DNA of 64,000 nt from Labilithrix sp. (GCA_046351255.1 JAXLYU010000014.1:187730-251729); one strand, 5' to 3'. Counted from the stretch's first letter, positions 20,795-30,738 are shown. The notes: generated by a model not told the origin, from the letters alone. Numbers and translations: made by a program.

Positions 20795-21622
20795 CTAGCT
20801 TTCGGAAGGTGCGCTTGCGCGGCGCGTCTCGAGGTCGAAGGTGCCGCCTGCGGTGAGGACGTGCAGGCGAATGTTGGTGAGGCTCACGGGGCGCCCCTCT
20901 TTCGTCTCGGCGATCGACGAGTGCGTCAGCTCCGATGCGTCGACGATGGTGAGCGCGCCGGTGCCGACGACGGTGAGCTTGCGCGCGTGATCGATGAAGG
21001 CGGCGGTGTCCTCGTCGAGCCCGACGCCGACCGCGAACGGGTTGTACGCGAGCGCGGTGAGCAGGCGGCCGAGGCGATCGCGCTGGCGGAAGTGCTGGTC
21101 GATCATGATGCGGTTGGTGAGCCCGAACCCGGGCGCGAGCGACACCTTGCCCGCCTTCGGCGTGTGCCCCTCCTCGCCGTACGCGATCATGTGCTCGCTG
21201 AGGATGGCGGCACCGGCGCTCGTACCGCCGACGGTCGCGCCGCGCGCGTTCGCGCGCCGGATCGCCTTGGCCATGGGCGTCCCGCCGATGATGGTGGAGA
21301 GGCGGAGCTGGTTGCCGCCGGTGACGAAGATGCCGTCCGCCTCGCTGATGTACGTCAGCCACTCGTCGCGCGTGCAGTCGTCGCGCTTGAAGAGCGGGAG
21401 CGCCTTCGCCTCGTCGGCGCCGAGCTTGCGAAAGAGCTTCTCGTAGCGGCGCCCGGTGTCCTCGAGCTTGGAGGCGGTGGGGATCACGACGATGCGCGAG
21501 CCCTTGCCGCCGGAGACCTCGAGGAAGCGACGCAGAATATCGGACGGCCCGTCCTTGTCCTCGGCGCCGCCGATGGGGACGATGAATCCGCGCTTCTTGT
21601 CCGGCTCTACCTTTGCTGGCAT
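20795..21622 (-). CDS. cphB: Cyanophycinase CphB (peptidase S51)
   Basis: 275 aa. Carries the GGTSAGAAI serine motif and VIPTAS... blocks typical of cyanophycinase. It is immediately upstream of cphA on the same strand. Confidence 0.85.
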   Translation of the reverse strand: MPAKVEPDKKRGFIVPIGGAEDKDGPSDILRRFLEVSGGKGSRIVVIPTASKLEDTGRRYEKLFRKLGADEAKALPLFKRDDCTRDEWLTYISEADGIFVTGGNQLRLSTIIGGTPMAKAIRRANARGATVGGTSAGAAILSEHMIAYGEEGHTPKAGKVSLAPGFGLTNRIMIDQHFRQRDRLGRLLTALAYNPFAVGVGLDEDTAAFIDHARKLTVVGTGALTIVDASELTHSSIAETKEGRPVSLTNIRLHVLTAGGTFDLETRRASAPSES

Positions 21623-21847
21623 TCGATTGCTCTCGTCTCGTGATCTAGCGGTTACGGCTCGTTGCGAACACCGAAACGCGCTTCGCTAACACGTCTCCCG
21701 GGTCGCTGTCCTCGTCAAGGCCCAGTGACGGTTTCGAGCCAGAAACATGGGGCGAACGGCCCGGGGAGCGCCCGCGGAACGCCCACTTTCCCTGGCGACG
21801 CCGGGGCGGGGCTGTTCTATACCGGCGGTCAACCAGGGGGGCTCGAT

Positions 21848-22627
21848 ATGAAGCGCATCGGACTCGCGATCGTAGGCCTGCTCGCGGCCGGCTGTGCGGC
21901 GCTGAACGGCTCATCCGGCCCGGCCGTCGCGTCCCCGGTGGAGAAGACCTCTCCGTCGAGCGCGGCCGCGACGGGGGAGGAGGCCACGGCCACGGCCACG
22001 GCCACCGCCGCCGCAGAAGCGGCGGAGCCCGAGCCGATCCCCACCTCCTGTGGCGGCGAGCAGCCGATCAATGACGTGAAGGCCTGCCTCGTGCCGGAGG
22101 ACTTCGTGAAGAAGCTCTGCACCGGCTCGTACCCCGACGTCACGCTGTGGCTCTTCGCGAAGGGCACCCCGTGGACGCGAGTGTGGCTCTCCGGCGACGT
22201 CGAGGCGTGGAGCGCGAGCGGAGGCTTCACGAGCCGCACGAAGCTCGCGTTCGACGAGGAGGTGCTCGTGCTCACGCGCCACGCGGCGCCGAGCGGCGCG
22301 AACGGCATCGTGGTCACGAGCGCGGGCGCTAGCTTCGACGTCCTCCGCTGGGACGGCACGTGCGTCTCGGTGCAGGAGGGTGAGGTGACGGCCAAGCGCC
22401 CGCCGGCCCCCAAGCAAGCGCTCATGCGGTGGGCGAAGCTCGAGGAGGCCACGCGCGGCGCGCTCCTCGCGTCGGCGGCGGTGAAGACGAGCCAGGGCGC
22501 GCTCGAGAAGGCGTGCAGCGGTGACAAGACCTCGTGCGAGCGCGCGGAGAAGGACCTCTCGCTCGCCATCGCGAACGCGGTCCGCGCGGGCGGCACGGAG
22601 CTCCCGGCTCCCACGCGCCGTCCCTGA
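21848..22627 (+). CDS. Lipoprotein, hypothetical
   Basis: ATG at 21848 (MKRIGLAIVGLLAAGCAAL) has a lipobox. It is divergent from cphB. The 62-aa upstream part of the track ORF is extension. Confidence 0.55.
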   Translation: MKRIGLAIVGLLAAGCAALNGSSGPAVASPVEKTSPSSAAATGEEATATATATAAAEAAEPEPIPTSCGGEQPINDVKACLVPEDFVKKLCTGSYPDVTLWLFAKGTPWTRVWLSGDVEAWSASGGFTSRTKLAFDEEVLVLTRHAAPSGANGIVVTSAGASFDVLRWDGTCVSVQEGEVTAKRPPAPKQALMRWAKLEEATRGALLASAAVKTSQGALEKACSGDKTSCERAEKDLSLAIANAVRAGGTELPAPTRRP

Positions 22628-22708
22628 AAATCGAGGGCGCGGCCGCTCCTGGCGGGCGCTTCAGGGTGTCGTCTTCGGAGGGCCGATGCGCTAGAGGGGC
22701 GTTCACGC

Positions 22709-23917
22709 ATGGCCGACCCTCTTCTTCTTTTGCGGAATGCCGATGTCCATGCGCCGGAGCCGCTCGGACGGCGCGACGTGCTCGTCGGCGGCGGGCGCGT
22801 GCTCGCCATCGAGGAGCGCATCGGGGAGCTGCCGAGCGTCGGCGTCGCGGGCATGGCCACGCTCGATGTGGCGGGACAGCGGCTCGTGCCGGGGTTCGTC
22901 GACGCGCACGTCCACCTCACCGGCGGCGGCGGCGAGTCCGGACCGGCCTCGCGCGTGCCACGGCTCCCCTTTCGCGTGCTCGCGGAGGCGGGCGTCACCA
23001 CCGCCATCGGCGTGCTCGGCACCGACGGGACCACGCGGACCGTCGCCGCGCTCGTGTCCGCCGTCCAGGCGCTGCGCGAGGAAGGGCTCTCGGCCTGGTG
23101 CTGGACCGGGAGCTACGAGGTGCCGCCGATCACGCTCACCGGCGATGTGCGACGGGACATCGTCTATGTCGATCCCATCATCGGGGTAGGGGAGCTCGCC
23201 ATCAGCGACCACCGCTCTTCGCAGCCCACGTTCGACGAGATCGCGCGGCTCGCCGCGGACTGCCACGTCGCCGGCATGATGAGCGGCAAGGCCGGGCTCC
23301 TGCATCTGCACCTCGGCGATGGGCCGCGCGGGCTCTCGCTCGTGCGCCGTGCGCTCGACGAGACCGAGCTCCCCGCCGCCACGTTCTATCCCACGCACGT
23401 GAACCGCAAGACCGCGCTCTTCGCGGAGGCGCTCGAGCTCGCGCGGCGGGGGATGCCCATCGACGTGACCGCGTTTCCCGTCGAGGACGGCGAGGACGCG
23501 TACGACGCCGCCGACGCCATCACGCGCTACCTCGCGAGCGACGCGCCCCGCCACCTGCTCACGTGCAGCTCCGATGGCGGCGGCTGCTTGCCCAGGTTCG
23601 ATGCGAGCGGTCGGCTCTCGGCGATGGATATCGGCCGCCCGGCGGCGCTCTTCGACACGTTCGCCACGCTCCTCGCCCGCGGCGCCGCGCTCGGCGACGT
23701 CCTGCCCGTGTTCACGCGCAACGCGGCCGAGGTCTTGAGGCTCGGACGCAAAGGCCGGATCGCGGTGGGCGCCGACGCCGATCTGGTCGTGCTCGATGAC
23801 GGCGGCCGTCCGAGAGAGGTGCTCGCGCTCGGCCGACCGATCCTGCGTGACGGCGCCGTCGTCGTCACCGGGACCTTCGAGACGGCGTTCTCGCGGATCT
23901 CGAAGAGTCGGGGGTGA
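22709..23917 (+). CDS. iadA: Isoaspartyl dipeptidase (beta-aspartyl dipeptidase) IadA
   Basis: GFVDAHVHLTGGGGESG and the amidohydrolase fold over about 400 aa match IadA. It would hydrolyse the beta-Asp-Arg dipeptides released by cyanophycinase. Confidence 0.8.
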   Translation: MADPLLLLRNADVHAPEPLGRRDVLVGGGRVLAIEERIGELPSVGVAGMATLDVAGQRLVPGFVDAHVHLTGGGGESGPASRVPRLPFRVLAEAGVTTAIGVLGTDGTTRTVAALVSAVQALREEGLSAWCWTGSYEVPPITLTGDVRRDIVYVDPIIGVGELAISDHRSSQPTFDEIARLAADCHVAGMMSGKAGLLHLHLGDGPRGLSLVRRALDETELPAATFYPTHVNRKTALFAEALELARRGMPIDVTAFPVEDGEDAYDAADAITRYLASDAPRHLLTCSSDGGGCLPRFDASGRLSAMDIGRPAALFDTFATLLARGAALGDVLPVFTRNAAEVLRLGRKGRIAVGADADLVVLDDGGRPREVLALGRPILRDGAVVVTGTFETAFSRISKSRG

Positions 23918-24029
23918 AGGGGGCTTGGTGCCGCGGGGTGGTGGCGCGGGCGGCTGACGAGAAGGAGAAACTCGCCGACCGGTGCGCTACACCTCCGGGG
24001 TGGGAACGGGGCAACGCCGGGCGTGGGGG

Positions 24030-25478
24030 ATGGTCGTGGCGCTCGTCGCGGGGGGAACCTTCGGCGGTTGCGGGTCCGGGGACGATGACGCGAGCACGGG
24101 AGGACAGAAGGCGCCGCCCAACGTGCCCGCATGGAGCCCGCTGACACCGGCGGAGCTCCCCGCCACGTGCGGCGCGCTCCTCGCGACGGCGATCGCGCCG
24201 CCGCGGGCTTCGTCGCTGCGTCGCGGGAGCTGCGACTTCGGCGAGATCGCCGACAGCGTGCGCTACGATCTCCTCTGCGCTCCCGGCGCGCCATGCGCCG
24301 GGCAAGAGTCCGGAGATCAGCTCTGCCATCGCCTCTGTGACGATGGGCAATGCAGCGACGGCGAGGTCTGTCAGGACCGGACGGTGTACGTCAGCGACAC
24401 TCCCTCGAAGTCGGCCATGCTCTGCATGTGCAAGGGCGGCGCTTGCGTGGAGAAGCCGCCTGCGCCATCGGCGGCGGCGGGCGGGCTCGACGCGTGGCGA
24501 GAGGAGTCTCCGATGCCGTCGGATCTCTACTATCACGCGGCCGCGGCGGACGACCGACACCTCTTCATCTCCGGCGGACTCAAGGCGATTGAGCGGGGTC
24601 CCAACGGTTCGGCGACGCTCGAAAAGATGGACGTCGTCTCCGTCGCCGATCTCGACCCCGTGACGGGCGCGGTCTCGGGCTTTCGTCAGGCGGGAACGCT
24701 CGCCGGCCCGACCGTTCATCACGCGATGGCCGTGCTCGGCGATCGTCTCTACGTGGCGGGCGGCGAGGCGCGCGAGGGTCGGGCGTTCGCCGCCGACGTG
24801 GTCTCGTATCCGATCAACGCCGACGGCACGCTCGGCGCCCTCCGCGCGGAGCCCAAGCTTCCGTTGCCGCGCGGCTATCATGGGCTCTTCGTGGACGCCG
24901 CGCGGCGCCGCCTCATCGTGGCGGGCGGATCGAGCGACGCTCTCTACTTCACGCAAGGGTCGCGCGCGGTCGTCTTCGCCGATGTGGACGCGGCGGGGGG
25001 CGGCGTGGTCGGACCATGGGCCTCCATCGATGCGCCCTTCGGCGAGTCTTACTCGGGTGACGTGGGCGTCGCGGGCGGGACGCTCTTCTTCTTCGATACG
25101 GGCACCTACAACGATCGGTCGTCTCGCGCGCTCTACGGCATCCGGCTCTCGAGCGTCGAGGCCGGCGCCCCCGCCTCGGCGTTCGTCCGCAACACGGCGT
25201 GGCCGTTCGATCCGTCGGCGCTCTCGGCGAGCGAGACCGTCGGGCTGGCGGGGACGTGCGACGCTTTCGTCCTCGTCGGCGACCACGGGAGGGTCGCGAC
25301 GGCGCCGGTCGACGGGCGCGGCCACGTCGGCGCCTTCGCCGCGGCCGCGCGCTTCGAAGGCAGCCAGGGCGGCTGGGCCATCGCGTCCTCGCCGTCCGGC
25401 CGCGTCTACGTCACGGGCGGCTTCGCGAGCTCGAGCGCGGAGGGCGCGCGCGTCGTCTCCACGCGGCGCGCTCCTTGA
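24030..25478 (+). CDS. Kelch-repeat beta-propeller lipoprotein with Cys-rich N-terminal module
   Basis: ATG at 24030 (MVVALVAGGTFGGCG) has a lipobox. Repeated Kelch-like motifs (LYVAGG, LIVAGG, VYVTGG) and a Cys-rich segment CDFGE...CAPGAPCAG...CHRLCDDGQCSDGEVC are present. Confidence 0.6.
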   Translation: MVVALVAGGTFGGCGSGDDDASTGGQKAPPNVPAWSPLTPAELPATCGALLATAIAPPRASSLRRGSCDFGEIADSVRYDLLCAPGAPCAGQESGDQLCHRLCDDGQCSDGEVCQDRTVYVSDTPSKSAMLCMCKGGACVEKPPAPSAAAGGLDAWREESPMPSDLYYHAAAADDRHLFISGGLKAIERGPNGSATLEKMDVVSVADLDPVTGAVSGFRQAGTLAGPTVHHAMAVLGDRLYVAGGEAREGRAFAADVVSYPINADGTLGALRAEPKLPLPRGYHGLFVDAARRRLIVAGGSSDALYFTQGSRAVVFADVDAAGGGVVGPWASIDAPFGESYSGDVGVAGGTLFFFDTGTYNDRSSRALYGIRLSSVEAGAPASAFVRNTAWPFDPSALSASETVGLAGTCDAFVLVGDHGRVATAPVDGRGHVGAFAAAARFEGSQGGWAIASSPSGRVYVTGGFASSSAEGARVVSTRRAP

Positions 25479-25738
25479 TCGCGCCCGGCATGGCGGTTGC
25501 TCGACGGCGGGCACCATGTCGACCAAATCACGCGCTCGCGCTCTCCGCCGTCATCCCGAGCTCACGCAGGAGAGAGAGGCGCTCGGAGCCATCGGCGCTT
25601 CGCTCATCGACCTCGTCACGCTCGGAATGCTCTCGTCGGACCCGGACGTTCCCCCGAGCAGCCGCGCACCGGCGACCGCCCGACCGGAGTGACGCGCCGA
25701 GGCAAAGCGTCACGGGCGTCTCGTGGCGGATCGTCGCG

Positions 25739-26167
25739 CTACTTGCACGCGCTCGCGAGATCGAAGAGGTTCTTCGCGAGCGCGGTATTCGCGGCTTCCG
25801 ACGTATCCTTGCATGCCTGGTACGCCGTCTCGTAGGCGTAGATCGCCTTGCGGCAGTCGCAGCTCGCGCACGCCTTGGCCTTGGCGTCCGCCTTGAGCGT
25901 CGGGCTGTCGGCGTTCGTGACGTCGAGATCGCCGTCGAGGATCGCGCACGTCGACTGCACCTTGTTGAACGCGCTCTCGGCGTCTTCCGATGCTGGACAA
26001 CCGGCTGGTGCCGCGCCGAGCGCGGGCGCGCACGCCGTCGACCCGGAGGAGCTCGACGCGCCGCCGGAGGAGCTCGAGGAGCTCGACGACGTCGAATCGG
26101 TCGAGTCGCTGGAGCAGGCCATGAGGAGCGAGATCCCGAGGACGAGCGCGCTTCGAAGCATGAGCAC
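25739..26167 (-). CDS. Small Cys-containing lipoprotein, hypothetical
   Basis: GTG at 26167 or ATG at 26161 (MLRSALVLGISLLMACSS) gives a lipobox, then a poly-Ser linker and an 80-aa domain with 8 Cys. The overlapping 25710..26177 frame is Arg-rich and rejected. Confidence 0.45.
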   Translation of the reverse strand: MLMLRSALVLGISLLMACSSDSTDSTSSSSSSSSGGASSSSGSTACAPALGAAPAGCPASEDAESAFNKVQSTCAILDGDLDVTNADSPTLKADAKAKACASCDCRKAIYAYETAYQACKDTSEAANTALAKNLFDLASACK

Positions 26168-26231
26168 AGTCTGCCACGGTTCTGTGCTCCGTTCGGAGAA
26201 TCCGAGAGGCAGGCGACGAGGGCCGAGTCGA

Positions 26232-27443
26232 TCAGCGCGAGACCCCCGCGAGGAGGGCGACCGCCGCCAGCGTCGTCTGCGCGGCGTTCAGGCCGAGGCG
26301 GAAGTCCCGATCGGAGAAGGCTTCGAAGACGTCCGTCGGTTGATGCCAGTGCGGGTCCCACCCTGCGCCGATCTGCGTGCCGCGCTCGTTCTCCCGCAAG
26401 CTGATGGACGGCGTGACGTCCATGAAGGGCGTCGAGTCGGTATTCGTCATGTGATTACCGACTTGCGCCGGATAATCGGTCGCGAATTTCTCGTTCGCGC
26501 GATGGAAATGCCACGCGAGCTTCGCGGACTCGGCCGCTAGCCGGGAGTCGGCCTGGAATTCGATATTCACGTCCGCCTCGCGCCGCTGGTCGGGATCGAG
26601 AGTGCCGTCGGGGCGGGGCATTCCGTGATCGAAGAGCATCATGTCGTGCTGGATCATCCCGAGCCAGCGCGGCTCCGGATATCGCCTCGAGCCTGGCGGA
26701 TCCTCCTTGCCCTGGAGCGGGGCGCGCTGCTCGACGTAGGCGCGACTCCCATCGAGGCCGGTCTCCTCGTTGTTCCACAGAATGAACCGGATCGAGCGCT
26801 CCGTCTTCACGTCCGGCGCGCTGAAGATGCGCGCGAGCTCCATCACGATCGCCGTGCCGGAGCCGTCGTCGTTCGCCGCCTCGCCGAAGCCGTGACCGTC
26901 CATGTGCGCGCCGACGATGTACATCTCGTCCGGGTGTGTCGCGCCGATCTTGGTGCAGTAGACCTCCTGACGCGGGCCGGGCGCGGAGGGCTCGAGGTCG
27001 AGCGCCCGGACGGCGGGGTCGGGCTGGCGCTCCGGATCGGTGTTCACCCCGGTGGGCGCGACGACCCCGCGGAGCGTGCCTCCGCCGGCCGCCGTCGACC
27101 GCGCGGGCGTCCTGGCGCGCGGCGCGTCCCGGAAGACGTAGTCGAGGCGGCGGACCTCCGCGCATCCATGGTCTCGGAGCTGGGCCTCGATCCAGTCGAT
27201 CGCGCGGCGGTTGCGCTCCGTTCCCTGGCGCCGATCTCCGAATCGGGTGAGCCCTTTGATCGTCGCCTTGTAGGCCTCCAGATCGAGGCGCGCGACGAGC
27301 TGCCGGACGCGCGCGTCGTCGACGGCTGGTGGCGGGCTCGCGCTCGGCGTCGCGCTCGCCGGTGCCACCGCCGCCGGCACGTGCGGTCTCTGACAGGCCG
27401 CGACCACGAGGAGGAAGATCGAAGACACGTACGGCGCTCGCAC
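26232..27443 (-). CDS. M28-family aminopeptidase, lipoprotein
   Basis: HMDGHGFGEAANDDGSGTAIVMELARIF and NNEETGLDGSRAYV are M28 zinc-ligand blocks. The start is uncertain. GTG at 27443 gives MRAPYVSSIFLLVVAAC (lipobox) and avoids overlapping the divergent gene. ATG at 27494 is the alternative. Confidence 0.7.
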   Translation of the reverse strand: MRAPYVSSIFLLVVAACQRPHVPAAVAPASATPSASPPPAVDDARVRQLVARLDLEAYKATIKGLTRFGDRRQGTERNRRAIDWIEAQLRDHGCAEVRRLDYVFRDAPRARTPARSTAAGGGTLRGVVAPTGVNTDPERQPDPAVRALDLEPSAPGPRQEVYCTKIGATHPDEMYIVGAHMDGHGFGEAANDDGSGTAIVMELARIFSAPDVKTERSIRFILWNNEETGLDGSRAYVEQRAPLQGKEDPPGSRRYPEPRWLGMIQHDMMLFDHGMPRPDGTLDPDQRREADVNIEFQADSRLAAESAKLAWHFHRANEKFATDYPAQVGNHMTNTDSTPFMDVTPSISLRENERGTQIGAGWDPHWHQPTDVFEAFSDRDFRLGLNAAQTTLAAVALLAGVSR

Positions 27444-27492
27444 GGCGCCGGGATACCTCGGTCCGCTCCTTCCGGCTAGGCTCTGGTCGAAC

Positions 27493-28020
27493 ATGCGTCG
27501 TCTTGCGCTCCGGGGAGCACTCGTCCTGATGGTCGCCTGCTCCGACGACTCCACCTCCAGCTCGAGCTCCGGCAATCCGACGTCCGGCTCGTCCGGCTCG
27601 TCCGGCTCGGACACCTGCTCCGGCGGTCAGAACATGACGAGCCCGGTCATCTCCGGGCCGGTCGCGCCCGACGGCGACGGGACCCGGGTTCGCATCACCT
27701 GGGAGCGCGGCACGGGGCGCGGGGCCGACCTCCCGGCGAAGTACTTCGACGCGCCCGTCGCGAGCCCCGCCGCCCAGGTGGATCGCGTCGAGCACGTCAG
27801 CGAGCGCGAGCTCGACGTCGTGCTGAAGGGCGCGCCCGCCGCGCAGGCCGGGAAGACGCTCGCGATCGCGCTCGACTTCGGCGACCGCCGGACGGTCCTC
27901 GACTGCAAGCATCCGGGGATGCAGGACCACTACGTCCTCGAGCTCACGCTCACGTTCGGAAGCGATGGCTCGCTCGCCGCCAGCAAGCTCGAAGAGAAGT
28001 TCAGCCCGGGCGACATCTGA
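27493..28020 (+). CDS. Lipoprotein, hypothetical
   Basis: MRRLALRGALVLMVACSDD has a lipobox, followed by a Ser/Gly linker and a 120-aa domain. It is divergent from the M28 peptidase gene. Confidence 0.55.
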   Translation: MRRLALRGALVLMVACSDDSTSSSSSGNPTSGSSGSSGSDTCSGGQNMTSPVISGPVAPDGDGTRVRITWERGTGRGADLPAKYFDAPVASPAAQVDRVEHVSERELDVVLKGAPAAQAGKTLAIALDFGDRRTVLDCKHPGMQDHYVLELTLTFGSDGSLAASKLEEKFSPGDI

Positions 28021-28260
28021 GCCACCTCGCAAGGGGCTCTGGGGCATGTGTGCTCTCGTACTCCGCTGTCGGTATCGGCCTGATCATGGGGTGGTGAGGT
28101 CACGCCGCGCGACGATCGAGCGCGCGCCCTTCCCGACGTGAAGTCGCCCACTTGCACGGGCGCGGAGCTGCCATTTGGCGACACGCCTGGAATCTGGAAC
28201 GAGCAGGCACCCCGAAGGAGGCTCGCCGGCGGTGGTCCGGCGGTTGCTGCATCGTGATGC

Positions 28261-29277
28261 ATGCATTCATCACGAATCGCACTCGCCCTCTTCGTCGCGA
28301 CCTCTCTCTCTCTCGTCGCGTGCTCCGAGGCGTCGCCCTCGTCGCTGTCACGCGCGGGGGATGACGAGTCGGTCAGCGACAAGACCACGACGAAGCGCGC
28401 GCCCATGAAGAAGGCGACGGACGGTGACGAGGCGGTCGGGCCGAGCGCGGTCGGCGGCACGCACCGGCGCGTATACCGCGCGTCGCACGAGGCTCCGAAG
28501 AAGAAGTATCCCACCGGTCTCCTCACGTCGCCGCCGGGCAAGGCCAAGGCCGCGAAGCGCTCCAGCCTGCGCGTGCAGGCAGACGCGAACGAGCTCCCGC
28601 CGTCGGTCGACCTGACCGGCAACGCGCCGGCCGCCGCCAACCAGGGGAACACCTCGGCCTGCGGGACCTTCGCCACGGGCTATGCCCTCATGGGGTGGTG
28701 GGCGAAGACGGTGGGCATGCCGGGCGCGCCGTACGCGCCGATGTTCCTCTATTCGCTTCAAGCGGAGGGCGACTGCGCCAACCACGGGACGTTCATCGAG
28801 GACAACATGGATATCCTGCGCAACTTCGGTATCCCGTCCGACACGGCTTATCAGCCCATGCAGTCTCGGCTCGACTGCGTGACCCAGCCCACCCAGGCCG
28901 CGGCCAACGACGCCGCCGCGCACCGCGTCGCGTCGTATGACGTCCTCGACCTCTCGGGCAGCAAGGCGCTCGCGATCGCGCAATACCTCGCGGCCGGTGT
29001 CCCGGTCGTGATCGGCATGCAGACGTACAACGCGATCTTCAACGCGAGCCAGGAGAACTGGCTCGTCGATCAGCCGATGCCGGGTGAGCAGTCCACGGGC
29101 GGGCACGCGGTCACCGTCTTCGCCTATGACCAGAACGGCCTCTGGTTCCTCAACTCCTGGGGCGAGGAGTGGGGCTGGCAGGGCTGGGCCCAGCTCTCGT
29201 GGGACTTCGTCGACGGAGCCCAGGGCGGCATCGACAACATCAACTCCGCCGCCGCCGCCACCGACGTCCAGCGCTGA
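28261..29277 (+). CDS. Papain-like cysteine peptidase (C1 family), lipoprotein
   Basis: Lipobox MHSSRIALALFVATSLSLVAC. QGNTSACGTFATG (Gln/Cys), GGHAVTVFAYD (His) and NSWGEEWG (Asn-Ser-Trp) reproduce the C1 catalytic blocks. Confidence 0.75.
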   Translation: MHSSRIALALFVATSLSLVACSEASPSSLSRAGDDESVSDKTTTKRAPMKKATDGDEAVGPSAVGGTHRRVYRASHEAPKKKYPTGLLTSPPGKAKAAKRSSLRVQADANELPPSVDLTGNAPAAANQGNTSACGTFATGYALMGWWAKTVGMPGAPYAPMFLYSLQAEGDCANHGTFIEDNMDILRNFGIPSDTAYQPMQSRLDCVTQPTQAAANDAAAHRVASYDVLDLSGSKALAIAQYLAAGVPVVIGMQTYNAIFNASQENWLVDQPMPGEQSTGGHAVTVFAYDQNGLWFLNSWGEEWGWQGWAQLSWDFVDGAQGGIDNINSAAAATDVQR

Positions 29278-29340
29278 GCCGGCTCCGCGCTGGTGTCGGA
29301 CAGCGCCGTCTGGCGCGATACCGGATGGTATCGTCTCCTC

Positions 29341-30738
29341 ATGCGATTCACGAAGGTCGTGGTCCTGCCGGTGCTGATGATGGGCGGGGTTGCCTCTGCC
29401 TGTGGCGGCGACGACAAGGCGGGCTCGAGCGCGTCGGGCGGCTCGAGCACGGGCGGCGCGTCGAACGGGTCGACGTCGTCCGGCGGGAGCAGCGGGTCGA
29501 CGTCGTCGGGGGGGACCTCGAGCTCGGGAGGGCCGGATGACGCGGGGGCGGCGGACGACGGCGGGCTCGCCGTGTCCTTCAAGGCCTACGACATCAATTA
29601 CATCCTCTCCACCGGCCAGAGCCTCTCCGTCGGAGCGCAGGGGTCGCCCGTCCTCTCGACGGCGCAGCCGGACGGTAACCTGATGTGGAACACCGGTGTC
29701 ATCGCCGGTAACGCCAACCTCACGAGCTTCGTGCCCCTCGTCGAGAAGGGCAACGAGACGATGTCTTCCGCGCTCGTCAATCACATTAGCGACGACGCGA
29801 GGACGAGCTTCGGCCTATCGCACGTGCTGCTCCTGAGCGCCCACGGCGTCGGCGGGCAGCCCTACGCCAAGCTGAAGAAGGGCGAGCCGCCGTACGCGAA
29901 CGGCATGGCGCAGGCGAAAGCGGCGGTCGAGCTCGCGAAGGCACAGGGCAAGACGATCGTCGTGCGCATGGTGACCAACGTCCACGGCGAGACGGACCAC
30001 GTTCAGCAGAACAAGAACTACCGCGCGAATATCGCCGAATGGCAGGCCAACTACGAAGCCGACGTCAAGGCCATGACCGGGCAGACGGAGCCGATTCCCA
30101 TGTTGCATACGCAGATGCATAGCTGGACTCGGTATCAGCCCGGCGGGGCGCCGGCGCCATTCTCGTCGACGTCGCGGATTCCGATCGACCAGCTCGCCGA
30201 GCACGTTGCCAGCAACGGGAAGACGGTCCTGGTCGGTCCGAAGTATCAGGTCGAGTACGTCGCCGACGGCGTTCACCTCACGAACCGAGGCTACCGGCAC
30301 ATGGGCGAGTACTACGCGAAGGCGTATCGCCAGATCGTGCTCCGCGGGAAGAAGTGGGAGCCCCTGCGTCCTATCTCGGTGACGCGGAATGGCGCGACCA
30401 TCACCGTGAAGTTCCTCGTCCCCGTGCCGCCACTGAAGCTCGATACGGAGCTCGTGACGAATCCCGCCGACTTTGGCTTCGAGCTCGCCGGTGATGGTCC
30501 GGTACCGAACATCGAGAGCGTCGACGTCGCGGGGCCGGACACGGTGACGATCAGGCTCGACAAGGCGCCCACCGGGAACAACCTGCGCCTCCGTTATGCG
30601 TTTACCGGCACGCCCGGCGCGGACGGTGGACCAAAGACGGGAGCGCGCGGCAACCTGCGCGACTCCGACGAGACCAGGTCGCTCTACGACTTCAAGCTCT
30701 ACAACTGGTGCGTCACCTTCGACGAGGCGCTTCCTTGA
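29341..30738 (+). CDS. SGNH-hydrolase esterase, sialate O-acetylesterase-like (DUF303-type), lipoprotein
   Basis: ATG at 29341 (MRFTKVVVLPVLMMGGVASAC, lipobox). Block I STGQSLSVG (GQSN-like), NVHGETD (compare HQGESD) and DGVHLT (DxxH) are present. Confidence 0.6.
   Translation: MRFTKVVVLPVLMMGGVASACGGDDKAGSSASGGSSTGGASNGSTSSGGSSGSTSSGGTSSSGGPDDAGAADDGGLAVSFKAYDINYILSTGQSLSVGAQGSPVLSTAQPDGNLMWNTGVIAGNANLTSFVPLVEKGNETMSSALVNHISDDARTSFGLSHVLLLSAHGVGGQPYAKLKKGEPPYANGMAQAKAAVELAKAQGKTIVVRMVTNVHGETDHVQQNKNYRANIAEWQANYEADVKAMTGQTEPIPMLHTQMHSWTRYQPGGAPAPFSSTSRIPIDQLAEHVASNGKTVLVGPKYQVEYVADGVHLTNRGYRHMGEYYAKAYRQIVLRGKKWEPLRPISVTRNGATITVKFLVPVPPLKLDTELVTNPADFGFELAGDGPVPNIESVDVAGPDTVTIRLDKAPTGNNLRLRYAFTGTPGADGGPKTGARGNLRDSDETRSLYDFKLYNWCVTFDEALP

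Noticed and set aside
23865-25526. 553-aa minus-strand ORF
   Set aside because: Antisense to the Kelch-repeat lipoprotein gene. Arg-rich.
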